NCBI GenBank assembly: GCA_965649055.1
Contig: CBFGJG010000040.1
Coordinates: 1 to 18,729 of the forward strand
Source of the DNA: a candidate division WOR-3 bacterium
GTDB lineage: Bacteria; Hydrothermota; UBA3072; B12-G15
Length of the DNA stretch: 18,729 bases
Direction: 5' to 3'
A program made the translations under genes and the position numbers. Shown in pieces: positions 1 through 8,788 of the stretch (position 1 is its first letter; every line of letters starts with the position of its first letter). The notes under the pieces are model-generated. The model did no database searches. It was not told where the DNA came from and saw nothing but the letters and a program-made list of their open reading frames with translations.

Positions 1-27
1 GGTAGTGCAAAAGAATTGTGATTTTTC

Positions 28-55
28 TTGATTATTTATACTATATTGATAAAAT
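28..55 (+). promoter_or_regulatory. Putative sigma70-type promoter of the efflux operon, likely leaderless transcript
   Basis: TTGATT (28-33), 16-nt spacer, extended -10 TG-A-TAAAAT (47-55). The ATG at 62 lies 6 nt after the -10 box, with no Shine-Dalgarno. Confidence 0.5.
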
Positions 56-61
56 AATTCT

Positions 62-1393
62 ATGTTTTTAATAATTTCTTTAACACTTCAAGATATAGAT
101 TCTCTTGCTTTGAAAAATGCTTCTGAGATAATAAACCTAAGAGAGCAACTCTTTTCCCTTGAAGAGGAATATAAATCTCTTCTTTTTTCATTCTCACCTT
201 CTTTATATCTTAAGGGATCTTACCCTTATCAATATGAATATTATGATGAATTGTTTTATCCTGGAAGTTCAAGTCCTATTGAATATATAGAGAAGCATTA
301 TAAAAAGATGCTCGGGATTGGAGGAGGGACAAAAGTTCCTTTCGGTGGAATGATTGATTTAAGCTTTGATTTGGATAAAATAAAAGAGGAATATAATATC
401 TATGAGGATAGGGAATACTATAAATCAGAGTTTTTAATCACTTATACCCAACCAATACTCGGTGTTTCACAGGAATGGGACAAGATAAGGGGAAAAAAGA
501 TAGAGATTGAAAAATTGAAGGTAAATATTAAAATGAAAGAGAGGGAGATTATTAAATCAGTGAGAATGAATTTTTCTGCGATTTTTTTCTATCTGATGCT
601 AAAAGATGTTATCCCTGTCATAAAGAAAAATATTGAGTATCTTCAGGATGAAATTGAGTATCTCTATAAGGAGAAAACAATAGATAAAACACATTATCTA
701 AAATCAAAAAATGAGATTTTGAACACATTTATGAAAATCTCAAATATTGAAGATGATTATAATGATGCTATGTTCGAAATAAAAAGAATAACAGGGCTTG
801 ATGATTTTCTTATAGAAAATATTTCTTTTGATTTTAAAACCTTTCCTGATACAATAATAATCCCTGATGAATATTTAGTGTTATCTGAACTTAAACTTGA
901 TAGGGAAATTTATTCAATTATGCTTTCACAGAAGAAGAGGGAACTTATACCTTCATTTAACCTTTCGCTTTCCTATGGATTCAAGGATAGAAAGGAAGAG
1001 ATTTCTGAATTGAATTTATTTAATAAAAACACTTATTATCTAAATCTTGATATGAGACTTCCATTACTTTCACCTTCGCTGTATTTTGAAATATCTTCAC
1101 TGGAGCATAGATTGAAAGGTCTTGATAAGATTATAAGGGATAAAGAAAAAGAGATTGATTTTGTAAGGGAAAAATTGATAAAAAGAAAAAATAATATTGA
1201 GAAAAGATTGACAATTATTGATAGGACAATGAGAAATACAATAGAATTGTTACATGAGGAGGATTTAAAATCCTTATCACCCGAAGAAAGAATCTCGTTT
1301 CTATTAAATACAATTGATATCCTTGGACAATATAAAAATGTAATTCAAGAATATCTTTTGATTTCAATTTATTTCAGAATGGAGGATATATGA
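62..1393 (+). CDS. TolC-family outer membrane efflux channel (divergent)
   Basis: 443 aa with two repeats of helical/coiled-coil segments plus beta-strand segments (FSPSLYLKGSY..., ITYTQPILG; LIPSFNLSLSYG..., LNLDMRLPL). First gene of an operon with an adaptor and RND permeases; ATGA overlap with the next gene. Confidence 0.75.
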   Translation: MFLIISLTLQDIDSLALKNASEIINLREQLFSLEEEYKSLLFSFSPSLYLKGSYPYQYEYYDELFYPGSSSPIEYIEKHYKKMLGIGGGTKVPFGGMIDLSFDLDKIKEEYNIYEDREYYKSEFLITYTQPILGVSQEWDKIRGKKIEIEKLKVNIKMKEREIIKSVRMNFSAIFFYLMLKDVIPVIKKNIEYLQDEIEYLYKEKTIDKTHYLKSKNEILNTFMKISNIEDDYNDAMFEIKRITGLDDFLIENISFDFKTFPDTIIIPDEYLVLSELKLDREIYSIMLSQKKRELIPSFNLSLSYGFKDRKEEISELNLFNKNTYYLNLDMRLPLLSPSLYFEISSLEHRLKGLDKIIRDKEKEIDFVREKLIKRKNNIEKRLTIIDRTMRNTIELLHEEDLKSLSPEERISFLLNTIDILGQYKNVIQEYLLISIYFRMEDI

Positions 1394-2412
1394 AGAAATT
1401 TTTTGTTATAATTGGGGCTTTTATAATAATTTCGGCGGTTCTTTTTTTTGTCTTTAAATTTAGAAAAGAAAAATTTTTAGAAAAAGAAGAGGAGATACCA
1501 CCTATAGAGGTTTCAGGATGTATTGTATCAAAAGGTGAGATTAAAGTTAGTATTGAAGGAATTGGAATAGTTTCCCCTGAAAGAAATGTTTTGTTCAAAT
1601 CACCTGTTAAAACAAATGTATTGAAGTTTTATATCTTCTCTGGAAAGAGGGTTAGAAAAGATGAGATACTTTTTAAACTTAATAATGAGAAAGAAAAGGC
1701 TGAATACGAGGATGCGAATATTGAACTTCAGAAATGTAAGAAAAAATATGAATTCATAATTGTAAGAGAAGAGATAGATTCAACACTGGCAAAAAAAGTA
1801 TCGGGATACCTTGATGCTGTAGAGAGGTTTGAAAATGCAAGAAGGATTTATGAAGCAACAGAACCAAAGGCACCATTTGATGGTTTTATTGGAGATGTTT
1901 ATGTAAGAGAAGGGGTGATTGTTGATGTAGGGGATAAAATATGCGAAATTTATGATAATAAAAAAATTATAGTTTCTGAAATACCTTTCATTGAGGGTGA
2001 AAATCTGAAAACTGGAAATTTTGTTGAGATAAGGAAATCAGATAGTGATTCAATTTTTAAAGGTGTAATAACTGGTATTGCACCTATACTGAACGAAAAA
2101 AATAGAATAGTAAAATTGTTTATAAAATCAGAATACGATTTTCCTTTAGGTTCTATCCTTAAACTTAAAATTATAAAAGAAATCTATAAAGATAAAATAA
2201 GGATTCCAAATGATGCTATTCTTATGAGAGAAGGAAGATTCCTTGTATTCAAGGTTGAACAGGGTAAGGCAAAATGGGTATGGATTGACATTGGTATAAA
2301 AGGTGATGAATGGACAGAGGTTCTAAGTGGTGTAAATTTAGGTGATACTGTTTTGACAGAGGGACATTTTACAATCGCACATGATGCAAAGGTTCAAGTT
2401 AAGATAGAATGA
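1390..2412 (+). CDS. Efflux RND transporter periplasmic adaptor (membrane fusion protein)
   Basis: N-terminal TM anchor, lipoyl/hairpin halves (SPVKTNV...G.RV.K.E.LF.L; KAPFDGFIG...V.EG..V.VGD) and the typical C-terminus IPNDAI...IGIKGDEWTEVLSGVNLGDTVLTEG. Confidence 0.9.
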   Translation: MKKFFVIIGAFIIISAVLFFVFKFRKEKFLEKEEEIPPIEVSGCIVSKGEIKVSIEGIGIVSPERNVLFKSPVKTNVLKFYIFSGKRVRKDEILFKLNNEKEKAEYEDANIELQKCKKKYEFIIVREEIDSTLAKKVSGYLDAVERFENARRIYEATEPKAPFDGFIGDVYVREGVIVDVGDKICEIYDNKKIIVSEIPFIEGENLKTGNFVEIRKSDSDSIFKGVITGIAPILNEKNRIVKLFIKSEYDFPLGSILKLKIIKEIYKDKIRIPNDAILMREGRFLVFKVEQGKAKWVWIDIGIKGDEWTEVLSGVNLGDTVLTEGHFTIAHDAKVQVKIE

Positions 2413-5207
2413 AGTTCATTGAGACATTTATAAGAAGGCCTGTTTTTACTACAATGATTTTTCTATCCCTTGTCATCCTTGGGATTATTTCATTCTTTCA
2501 ATTACCCTTTGACCTCCTTCCAGATATAACAATCCCTAAATTAACAATCCTTACAGAATTTGAAGGTGCATCACCTGAAATTATTGATGAAGAAATAACA
2601 AGAAGAATTGAGGAAAAAACAGCAGGGATAAGTGGTGTTCAGGATATAAGTTCCATATCAATTGAAGGTAAATCCATCGTAACGCTTTATTTTAGGATAG
2701 GTGAAAATCTGAAGGATGCAACATTAAGACTGAGAGAAAACCTTGATGAAACTTTCTGGATCCTACCCAACGGGACAAAAAGACCTGTAATTTTAACAAC
2801 AGGACCAACATCTTCTCCAATAATGGGGATATGGATAAAAGGTGAGAAGGAAGTTATAAATGGTATTTTACAGAAAAGGCTCGAACAGACAGATGGGGTT
2901 GGAGAAGCAAGGATTATCGGAATTCCAGAGAAGAGGATGCTTATTAAACTAAAGTCAGAGATTCTTCAGGCGTTAGATATAAGCCTTGGAGAAATTGAAT
3001 ATAGTTTGAATAAATATAATATTTCTGTCCCATTGGGAAATGTAAGGTTTGGGAATTATACATTACCCATAAGATTTTCAAAAGAGATAGATACAAAGGA
3101 AAAAATTCTGAATTTACCAATTTTAGGTGGAAGATATAAGATAAAAGATATAGCAGATGTTTTTGAAGAGGAAAAAGAAAAGAATGTTGGAATATTCTAC
3201 AATCTTAAAGAAGGCTATCTTATTGAGATTTATAAAGAATGGGGAGAGAATAGTATTAATGTATCAAATAATGTGAGAATCACATTAAAAAAACTAAAGG
3301 AGATTTATCCTGAGATAGGATATGAGATAGCATATGATGATGCAATATTTCTGAGGTCTTCTTTTAAGGAGATTTTATTTGCACTCATCTTAGGTTCAAT
3401 ACTTGCATTCCTTGCACTTTTCATATTCACAAATGATTTCAAAACACCATTTGTTCTTGCACTTGCAATTCCTATATCAATCATTTCTTCATTCTTCTTT
3501 ATTTATATATTCGGATTCAAGATAAATCTTATCACACTTGCAGGTCTTTCACTTTCAGCAGGTATGCTTGTTGATGCGTGTATAGTTGTTCTTGAAAACA
3601 TTATTTTCAGGAAAGATTCAGTAAAAGGTGCAGCAGAAGTCGGGATTGCTGTTTCAACATCTATTCTGACAAATATAGCGGTATTCTTCCCAATTGTCTA
3701 TATCCATGGAATAGCTGGAAGTATGTTAAAACCATTATCCTTCGCGGTTATTTCAACAAGTTTAGTTTCTCTATTTGTCTCATTCACATTGCTACCGTTG
3801 TTATCTTCAAAGATAAAAGGGATTACAGATGAAGGGAGTATAATTTTTAACCATCTTTTAAATAGATTTTCCAGATTTATAGAATGGGTTTATTCAAATA
3901 AAAAATACATTTATTTATTTTCAGCATTTCTTATGATTGGAGGATTTTTATCTTTTATCATTCTTCCAAAAGAGGCATTCCCGGATATAAAAAGTGATAA
4001 GGAGATAAAAATAGAATTACCTTTTGGAGTCCCTTTATATGAAACAGAAAAGGTTGTGAATGAATTATCAAAGAATCTTAGAAGGTATGGGAATATAATT
4101 TCTAAGACAGGTGATTTTGACCCTTATGGGTTTTCACACTCCGGAACAGGTGTGATAAGAGTATCTACAAAGGATGAGATAGATTATAAAAGATTTTTTT
4201 TAAACTATAATGTAAATTATTCTATCAAGGATATTAATCCAATATTTTCATATTTTGAGAATGCAGGAAAGGTAAAAATAAGAATTTTTTATAATGACTT
4301 TAATGAAGAAGAGAAAATAAGCGAGGTCTTAAAAAATGATAAAGATATAAGCATCCCTTTAGCCGAGAAGATAGATATAATTGAACTAAAAATAAATCCT
4401 TTCATATTGGAAAAATTTAATATCAATCACTCAGATGTTATAGAATTTATAAGAAGTAATTTAAAGGAAAAAGAGATTTTGAGTGTGGAAAGGGGTGAAG
4501 AGAGACTTTCTTTAAATCTTACCATTGGAGATAAGAAAAGATTTGACGAACTCCTATCGTTGAATATAAAAGGGATTAAGATATCTGAGATGGTTGATAT
4601 AAGAATGAAGAAAGTTCCAATGGGCATTGTAAGATACAACGGAAAAAGATGCGTTGAAGCAGAGACAAATCTTAAAAATTTGAGAAAACTGAAAATTCCT
4701 TTCAAATATGAACTTGGAGGAGAAATTTCTGAATACAGAAATATTTTAAAAAGTGCAATCTTTGCATTCTTGATTGCATCATTCCTCGTTTATCTGATTC
4801 TTGCCTCGTTTTATGAATCATTCCTTATCCCATTTTTAATATTCCTTGTTGTCCCTTTCTCTGTCTCAGGAGGTCTTCTCTCTTTATTCGTAACAGGAAC
4901 AAGCATAAATGTTATTTCTCTTATTGGGCTTGTGCTTTTAACAGGTTTGTGTGTTAATGATGCAATAGTTCTTATTGATTATGCTAAAAGATTAAAGATA
5001 AAAAATCCCGGAAAAGAGGCTGCAAAAAGGAGATTAAGACCTATACTTATGACAACATTAACAACTATATTTGGACTTCTACCACTTTCTTTTGGGAAAA
5101 CTTTACAGGCACCACTTGGAAGAACTGTAATAGGTGGTCTTGTTATTTCCACTTTCTTATCTTTGGTATTTATCCCTATAATTTATGATAAGATTTTTTC
5201 TAAATAG
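2409..5207 (+). CDS. RND efflux permease subunit 1 (AcrB/MdtB-like)
   Basis: N-terminal FIRRPVFTTM...LPFDLLPDI...GASPE; TM4 GMLVDACIVVLENI; C-terminal RLRPILMTTLTT and IGGLVIST; 932 aa. Confidence 0.92.
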   Translation: MKFIETFIRRPVFTTMIFLSLVILGIISFFQLPFDLLPDITIPKLTILTEFEGASPEIIDEEITRRIEEKTAGISGVQDISSISIEGKSIVTLYFRIGENLKDATLRLRENLDETFWILPNGTKRPVILTTGPTSSPIMGIWIKGEKEVINGILQKRLEQTDGVGEARIIGIPEKRMLIKLKSEILQALDISLGEIEYSLNKYNISVPLGNVRFGNYTLPIRFSKEIDTKEKILNLPILGGRYKIKDIADVFEEEKEKNVGIFYNLKEGYLIEIYKEWGENSINVSNNVRITLKKLKEIYPEIGYEIAYDDAIFLRSSFKEILFALILGSILAFLALFIFTNDFKTPFVLALAIPISIISSFFFIYIFGFKINLITLAGLSLSAGMLVDACIVVLENIIFRKDSVKGAAEVGIAVSTSILTNIAVFFPIVYIHGIAGSMLKPLSFAVISTSLVSLFVSFTLLPLLSSKIKGITDEGSIIFNHLLNRFSRFIEWVYSNKKYIYLFSAFLMIGGFLSFIILPKEAFPDIKSDKEIKIELPFGVPLYETEKVVNELSKNLRRYGNIISKTGDFDPYGFSHSGTGVIRVSTKDEIDYKRFFLNYNVNYSIKDINPIFSYFENAGKVKIRIFYNDFNEEEKISEVLKNDKDISIPLAEKIDIIELKINPFILEKFNINHSDVIEFIRSNLKEKEILSVERGEERLSLNLTIGDKKRFDELLSLNIKGIKISEMVDIRMKKVPMGIVRYNGKRCVEAETNLKNLRKLKIPFKYELGGEISEYRNILKSAIFAFLIASFLVYLILASFYESFLIPFLIFLVVPFSVSGGLLSLFVTGTSINVISLIGLVLLTGLCVNDAIVLIDYAKRLKIKNPGKEAAKRRLRPILMTTLTTIFGLLPLSFGKTLQAPLGRTVIGGLVISTFLSLVFIPIIYDKIFSK

Positions 5208-8061
5208 GCCTGTTTCTTTAACCTGTATTTATCTTATTATCCTTTTACTCGGTGCTGTATCAATCACAAGATTACCGGTAGAAAAGATTCCAGAAGTTGA
5301 ATATCCTTCAATAATCGTAAGATATATCTGGAATGGTGCATCTCCTGAAATGATGGAAAGAAGGATAACAAGCAAGGTGGAAGCAGCAGTCTATAAGTTG
5401 AAAGATGTAAGGGATGTTCTATCAAGGTCAAAAAAGGATGAATGTGAGATAGAGGTTACATTTAATAATTCAAAAGATTTAAATTATAAGAGGGTTCTGT
5501 TACTTGAAGAATTGAATAAATTGGAATTTCCTGAAGATATGGAGGGACCATTTGTTGAAGAGAATCTCCCCGAGGAATTCAGAAGAGGCCCAAATTTCAT
5601 TCTTTATATAACAGGTGATATGACATTAGAAAGATTAAGTGAACTTGCGAATGAATTTAAATTTCAGATTATGATGATAAAAGGTGTAGAGGATGTAAAT
5701 GTTTTTGGTGATGTTAAGAAGATTATAAATATAAGGATAAAGAATGAAGACTTAAATATCTATGATGTATTCAATGCACTGGACTTTAAAAAGTATAATG
5801 CGGGAAAGGTTGTAGAAAATAAAAGGGACCTGCCTCTTCAAATTATAATCAATGAAAGATTAAATGACTTATATGTTGGAGGAAAAAGGCTTGAGGATAT
5901 TTCTGAGATATACTATGAGTTAAAAGAACCTGATATTATTTCAAGGATAAATGGTAATCCACAGATAACTATAAATATATCGAGGAAAAAAACAGGTAAT
6001 ACATTTTACATAAGCAGGGTTCTAAAAAAACTAATTTCAAATTTTGAAAGAAAGAAAAATGTCAAATTAATTATTTCAAGTAATGAGGCAAGTGAAATTT
6101 TCAGGACAATAAAAGAGGTCATTTTACTTGGTATTATAAGCATCATCTCCTGTTCATTTATACTTTTTATATTTTATAGAAAGATGTTTGTCGTTTTTGT
6201 ATTCTTTATCTCCATCTTATTTTCAGCAATACTTACATTCTCAATCCTTTATTTCCTTGGGTTTTCTTTAAATTTTCTTACATTGAGCGGAATATGTCTT
6301 GGTTTTGGAATGCTTGTTGATAATTCAATTGTTGTCCTTGAAAATATATTGAGGCTTAAAGAGGAAAAGGTTAAAGATGCGGAAGAAAAAGGTGCAAAAG
6401 ATGTATTTATAGCTGTTTTTGGTGCAACATTAACAACCATAGCTGTCTATTTCCCATTTCTTTACTTCCAGGGTAAAACAAAGGTATTTTACATCCAATT
6501 TGCAGTTGCATCTACTATTTCTTTACTTTCATCAATGTTTGTCTCATTTACACTTATCCCAAGCCTATCGAGAAAGATTAAAGGAGGAAGAGAGATTAAA
6601 CATATTTATTATGAAAAAACACTGAAATTTTTATTAAAATGGAGATGGATTGTTATCACCTTAAGCATTCTTGCTGTTATTGTTTCTTTTTATTTCTTCA
6701 AAAATTATGTATATTTTGGTGAATTTTATGAATTTAGAGAAAGGAACGAATTGTTTATATATATTAGATTGCCAAGAGGCTCTGAAAGAAAAGAGGTAAT
6801 AAAGATTGTTGATAGATTTGAAGAGGAGATAAAGAAACAGGAAGGGGTTCAAGAATTTTTTACAAATATATACTCAAATCAGGGAAACATAAATGTTAAA
6901 TTTAAAAAGGGTTCAGAATGGAAAGGTGTATCTTTAAAAGAGAGGCTCGAGAACCTTTCTGTTAATTATGCAAACTGCAGGATAATAATATATGGCTTAG
7001 GTCCTGTTTTTTTCACTGGTTCATCAGGTATATCGAGTTTCCCTGAACTAACATTAAGAGGATACGATTGGTATGTTCTGAAATCTTTATCAAATATGAT
7101 ATGTGAAAAACTAAGAAAAAATCCAAGGATAGATGAGATAGATCCGAATTTTTCATACTATGGAAAACAGATGGAATACATACTAAATGTGAAGGACGAT
7201 ATATACTTTTATAATCTCAACCCTTATTATGTTTTCACTAAAATCAAGCCTTTTTATCAAAAAGAAATCGAAATAAATAACAGAATAATCCCTGTTAAAA
7301 TATTTAAAGATTCAATCATTTATATTGATAAAATCCTGAATGAAGAAGTAGATAAAGGCGTTTATTTAAGAGAGATAACTAATTTGACAGAATCTCATAC
7401 GCCACCAGAAATAGAGAGGGAAAACAGGATTTATAAGATGGATATTGCATATTTATATAAGGGACCATGGAAGTCAGCATATGAATTTAAAAAAGGATTT
7501 ATTCAGGCTATAAAACTTCCACCCGGTTTCACGCTTTCAGCAGCATCTTTTTATAGAGAGGAAGAAGGTATTAGTAAGAAGACAATAATAGTTTCTATTA
7601 TAATTTCAATATTTCTTTTATTCCTTATTCTTTCAAGCACATTTGAATCTTTAATCAACCCATTTTTGATTATTTTTTTAATCCCGTTTTCATTTATAGG
7701 GATAACAATAGTTTACATTTTTACTGGAAATACATTTGATACATCTTCCTTTGTTGGACTTATATTATTTACAGGTATAGCAGTGAATAGTGGGATAGTC
7801 TTGATAGACCATCTTTCAAAAGGTGATAATAAAGAAGATGAAATCATTAGGAGGTCTTCCCACAGGTTAAGACCTATTATGACCACTTCCTTAACAACAA
7901 TTGCAGGACTTTTTCCATTTCTGTTTCTCAAAACAGAAGGTATTCTTTTCTCAAAACTATCTTTAACAACCATTGGTGGGTTGATACTTTCCACAATCTG
8001 CAGTATTTTCATATTGCCAGTTATTTATTATTCAATAAATAAAAAATATAAAAATATTTGA
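5185..8061 (+). CDS. RND efflux permease subunit 2 (AcrB/MdtC-like paralogue)
   Basis: FLNRPVS...LPVEKIPEVEYP...GASPE; TM4 GMLVDNSIVVLENI; RLRPIMTTSLTT and IGGLILST; 958 aa; overlaps the previous gene by 23 nt. Confidence 0.92.
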   Translation: MIRFFLNRPVSLTCIYLIILLLGAVSITRLPVEKIPEVEYPSIIVRYIWNGASPEMMERRITSKVEAAVYKLKDVRDVLSRSKKDECEIEVTFNNSKDLNYKRVLLLEELNKLEFPEDMEGPFVEENLPEEFRRGPNFILYITGDMTLERLSELANEFKFQIMMIKGVEDVNVFGDVKKIINIRIKNEDLNIYDVFNALDFKKYNAGKVVENKRDLPLQIIINERLNDLYVGGKRLEDISEIYYELKEPDIISRINGNPQITINISRKKTGNTFYISRVLKKLISNFERKKNVKLIISSNEASEIFRTIKEVILLGIISIISCSFILFIFYRKMFVVFVFFISILFSAILTFSILYFLGFSLNFLTLSGICLGFGMLVDNSIVVLENILRLKEEKVKDAEEKGAKDVFIAVFGATLTTIAVYFPFLYFQGKTKVFYIQFAVASTISLLSSMFVSFTLIPSLSRKIKGGREIKHIYYEKTLKFLLKWRWIVITLSILAVIVSFYFFKNYVYFGEFYEFRERNELFIYIRLPRGSERKEVIKIVDRFEEEIKKQEGVQEFFTNIYSNQGNINVKFKKGSEWKGVSLKERLENLSVNYANCRIIIYGLGPVFFTGSSGISSFPELTLRGYDWYVLKSLSNMICEKLRKNPRIDEIDPNFSYYGKQMEYILNVKDDIYFYNLNPYYVFTKIKPFYQKEIEINNRIIPVKIFKDSIIYIDKILNEEVDKGVYLREITNLTESHTPPEIERENRIYKMDIAYLYKGPWKSAYEFKKGFIQAIKLPPGFTLSAASFYREEEGISKKTIIVSIIISIFLLFLILSSTFESLINPFLIIFLIPFSFIGITIVYIFTGNTFDTSSFVGLILFTGIAVNSGIVLIDHLSKGDNKEDEIIRRSSHRLRPIMTTSLTTIAGLFPFLFLKTEGILFSKLSLTTIGGLILSTICSIFILPVIYYSINKKYKNI

Positions 8062-8101
8062 CATTTTAAAAAAAAATGTTATCTTGATTATAAAAAAGGA
8101 G
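8058..8101 (+). promoter_or_regulatory. Putative sigma70 promoter and Shine-Dalgarno of the rpmH operon
   Basis: TTGACA (8058-8063), 16-nt spacer, TG-T-TATCTT (8077-8085); AAGGAG (8096-8101) 5 nt before ATG 8107. Confidence 0.65.
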
Positions 8102-8106
8102 TATCT

Positions 8107-8241
8107 ATGAAAAGAACATACCAACCACATAATTTAAGACGAAAGAGAACGCATGGTTTTCTTGCGAGGATGTCAAGCAAAGGTGGGAGAAAGGTTTTAA
8201 AAAGAAGAAGAGCTAAAGGAAGATGGAAGATAGCAATTTAA
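8107..8241 (+). CDS. rpmH: 50S ribosomal protein L34
   Basis: Manual translation [44 protein letters not shown] (44 aa) is a clear bL34. Too short for the ORF track; canonical position before rnpA. Confidence 0.98.
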   Translation: MKRTYQPHNLRRKRTHGFLARMSSKGGRKVLKRRRAKGRWKIAI

Positions 8242-8572
8242 AAAAAGAAGGACTTCCAAAAATTTTTAAACTTAGAACAAAAAAGGAATATAAAGAAGTC
8301 CTTGAAAATGGAAAGGTTATAAAAGGTTTTTTTTTGATTGCATCTTTCTTGAAGCGAATGAAAGAAAGTTTGGAATCCTTGTTGACAGGAATATTAAAGG
8401 TGGAGTTAAAAGGAATAAGATGAGAAGAAGGATAAGGGAGATTTATAGAAAAGAAAAATACAATTTGAAGAATGGGAAGATTGTCATAAGACTCCATAAA
8501 GAGGCACTTGATGCAAGGTTTAAAGAAATTCTTAATGAGTTTAACAGGATAAAAGGGATTATAAATGAATAA
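8223..8572 (+). CDS. rnpA: Ribonuclease P protein component, reading frame broken (most likely at T9, 8327-8335)
   Basis: The frame from 8223 gives the RnpA-like N-terminus ([21 protein letters not shown]). The -1 frame after the T run gives [41 protein letters not shown]...IINE* (stop 8570-8572), containing the RNR-type motif. One extra T would yield a 116-aa protein. Sits between rpmH and yidD. Confidence 0.9.
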
Positions 8573-8774
8573 ATTAGCCGTTTTTATAGTAGAAACATAT
8601 CAGAAGTTCGTATCCCCTTTCCTTCCACATTCCTGTAGATTTTACCCGAGTTGTTCAGAATACACAAAAGAGGCAATAATAAAAAAGGGTTTATTGAAAG
8701 GGATTGTCCTTGGTATTTACAGGATTTTAAGGTGTAATCCATTAAATAAAGGTGGTTATGACCCTGTTAAATAA
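8565..8774 (+). CDS. yidD: Membrane protein insertion efficiency factor YidD
   Basis: YQKFVSP...CRFYPSCSEY...RILRCNP...GGYDPV signature; synteny. Confidence 0.97.
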   Translation: MNKLAVFIVETYQKFVSPFLPHSCRFYPSCSEYTKEAIIKKGLLKGIVLGIYRILRCNPLNKGGYDPVK

Positions 8775-8788
8775 AAATGTGAGGTTAT

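Noticed and set aside
1..21. Possible 3' end of an upstream gene (GSAKEL-stop)
   Set aside because: Only six codons are visible; cannot be supported or identified.
8062..8106. oriC or DnaA-box region upstream of rpmH
   Set aside because: The gap is only 45 nt, has no TTATCCACA-like boxes and no divergent dnaA; it is explained by a promoter and SD.
8223..8423. 66-aa ORF as a stand-alone protein
   Set aside because: It is the N-terminal part of frameshifted rnpA; its tail after the T9 run is out-of-frame sequence.
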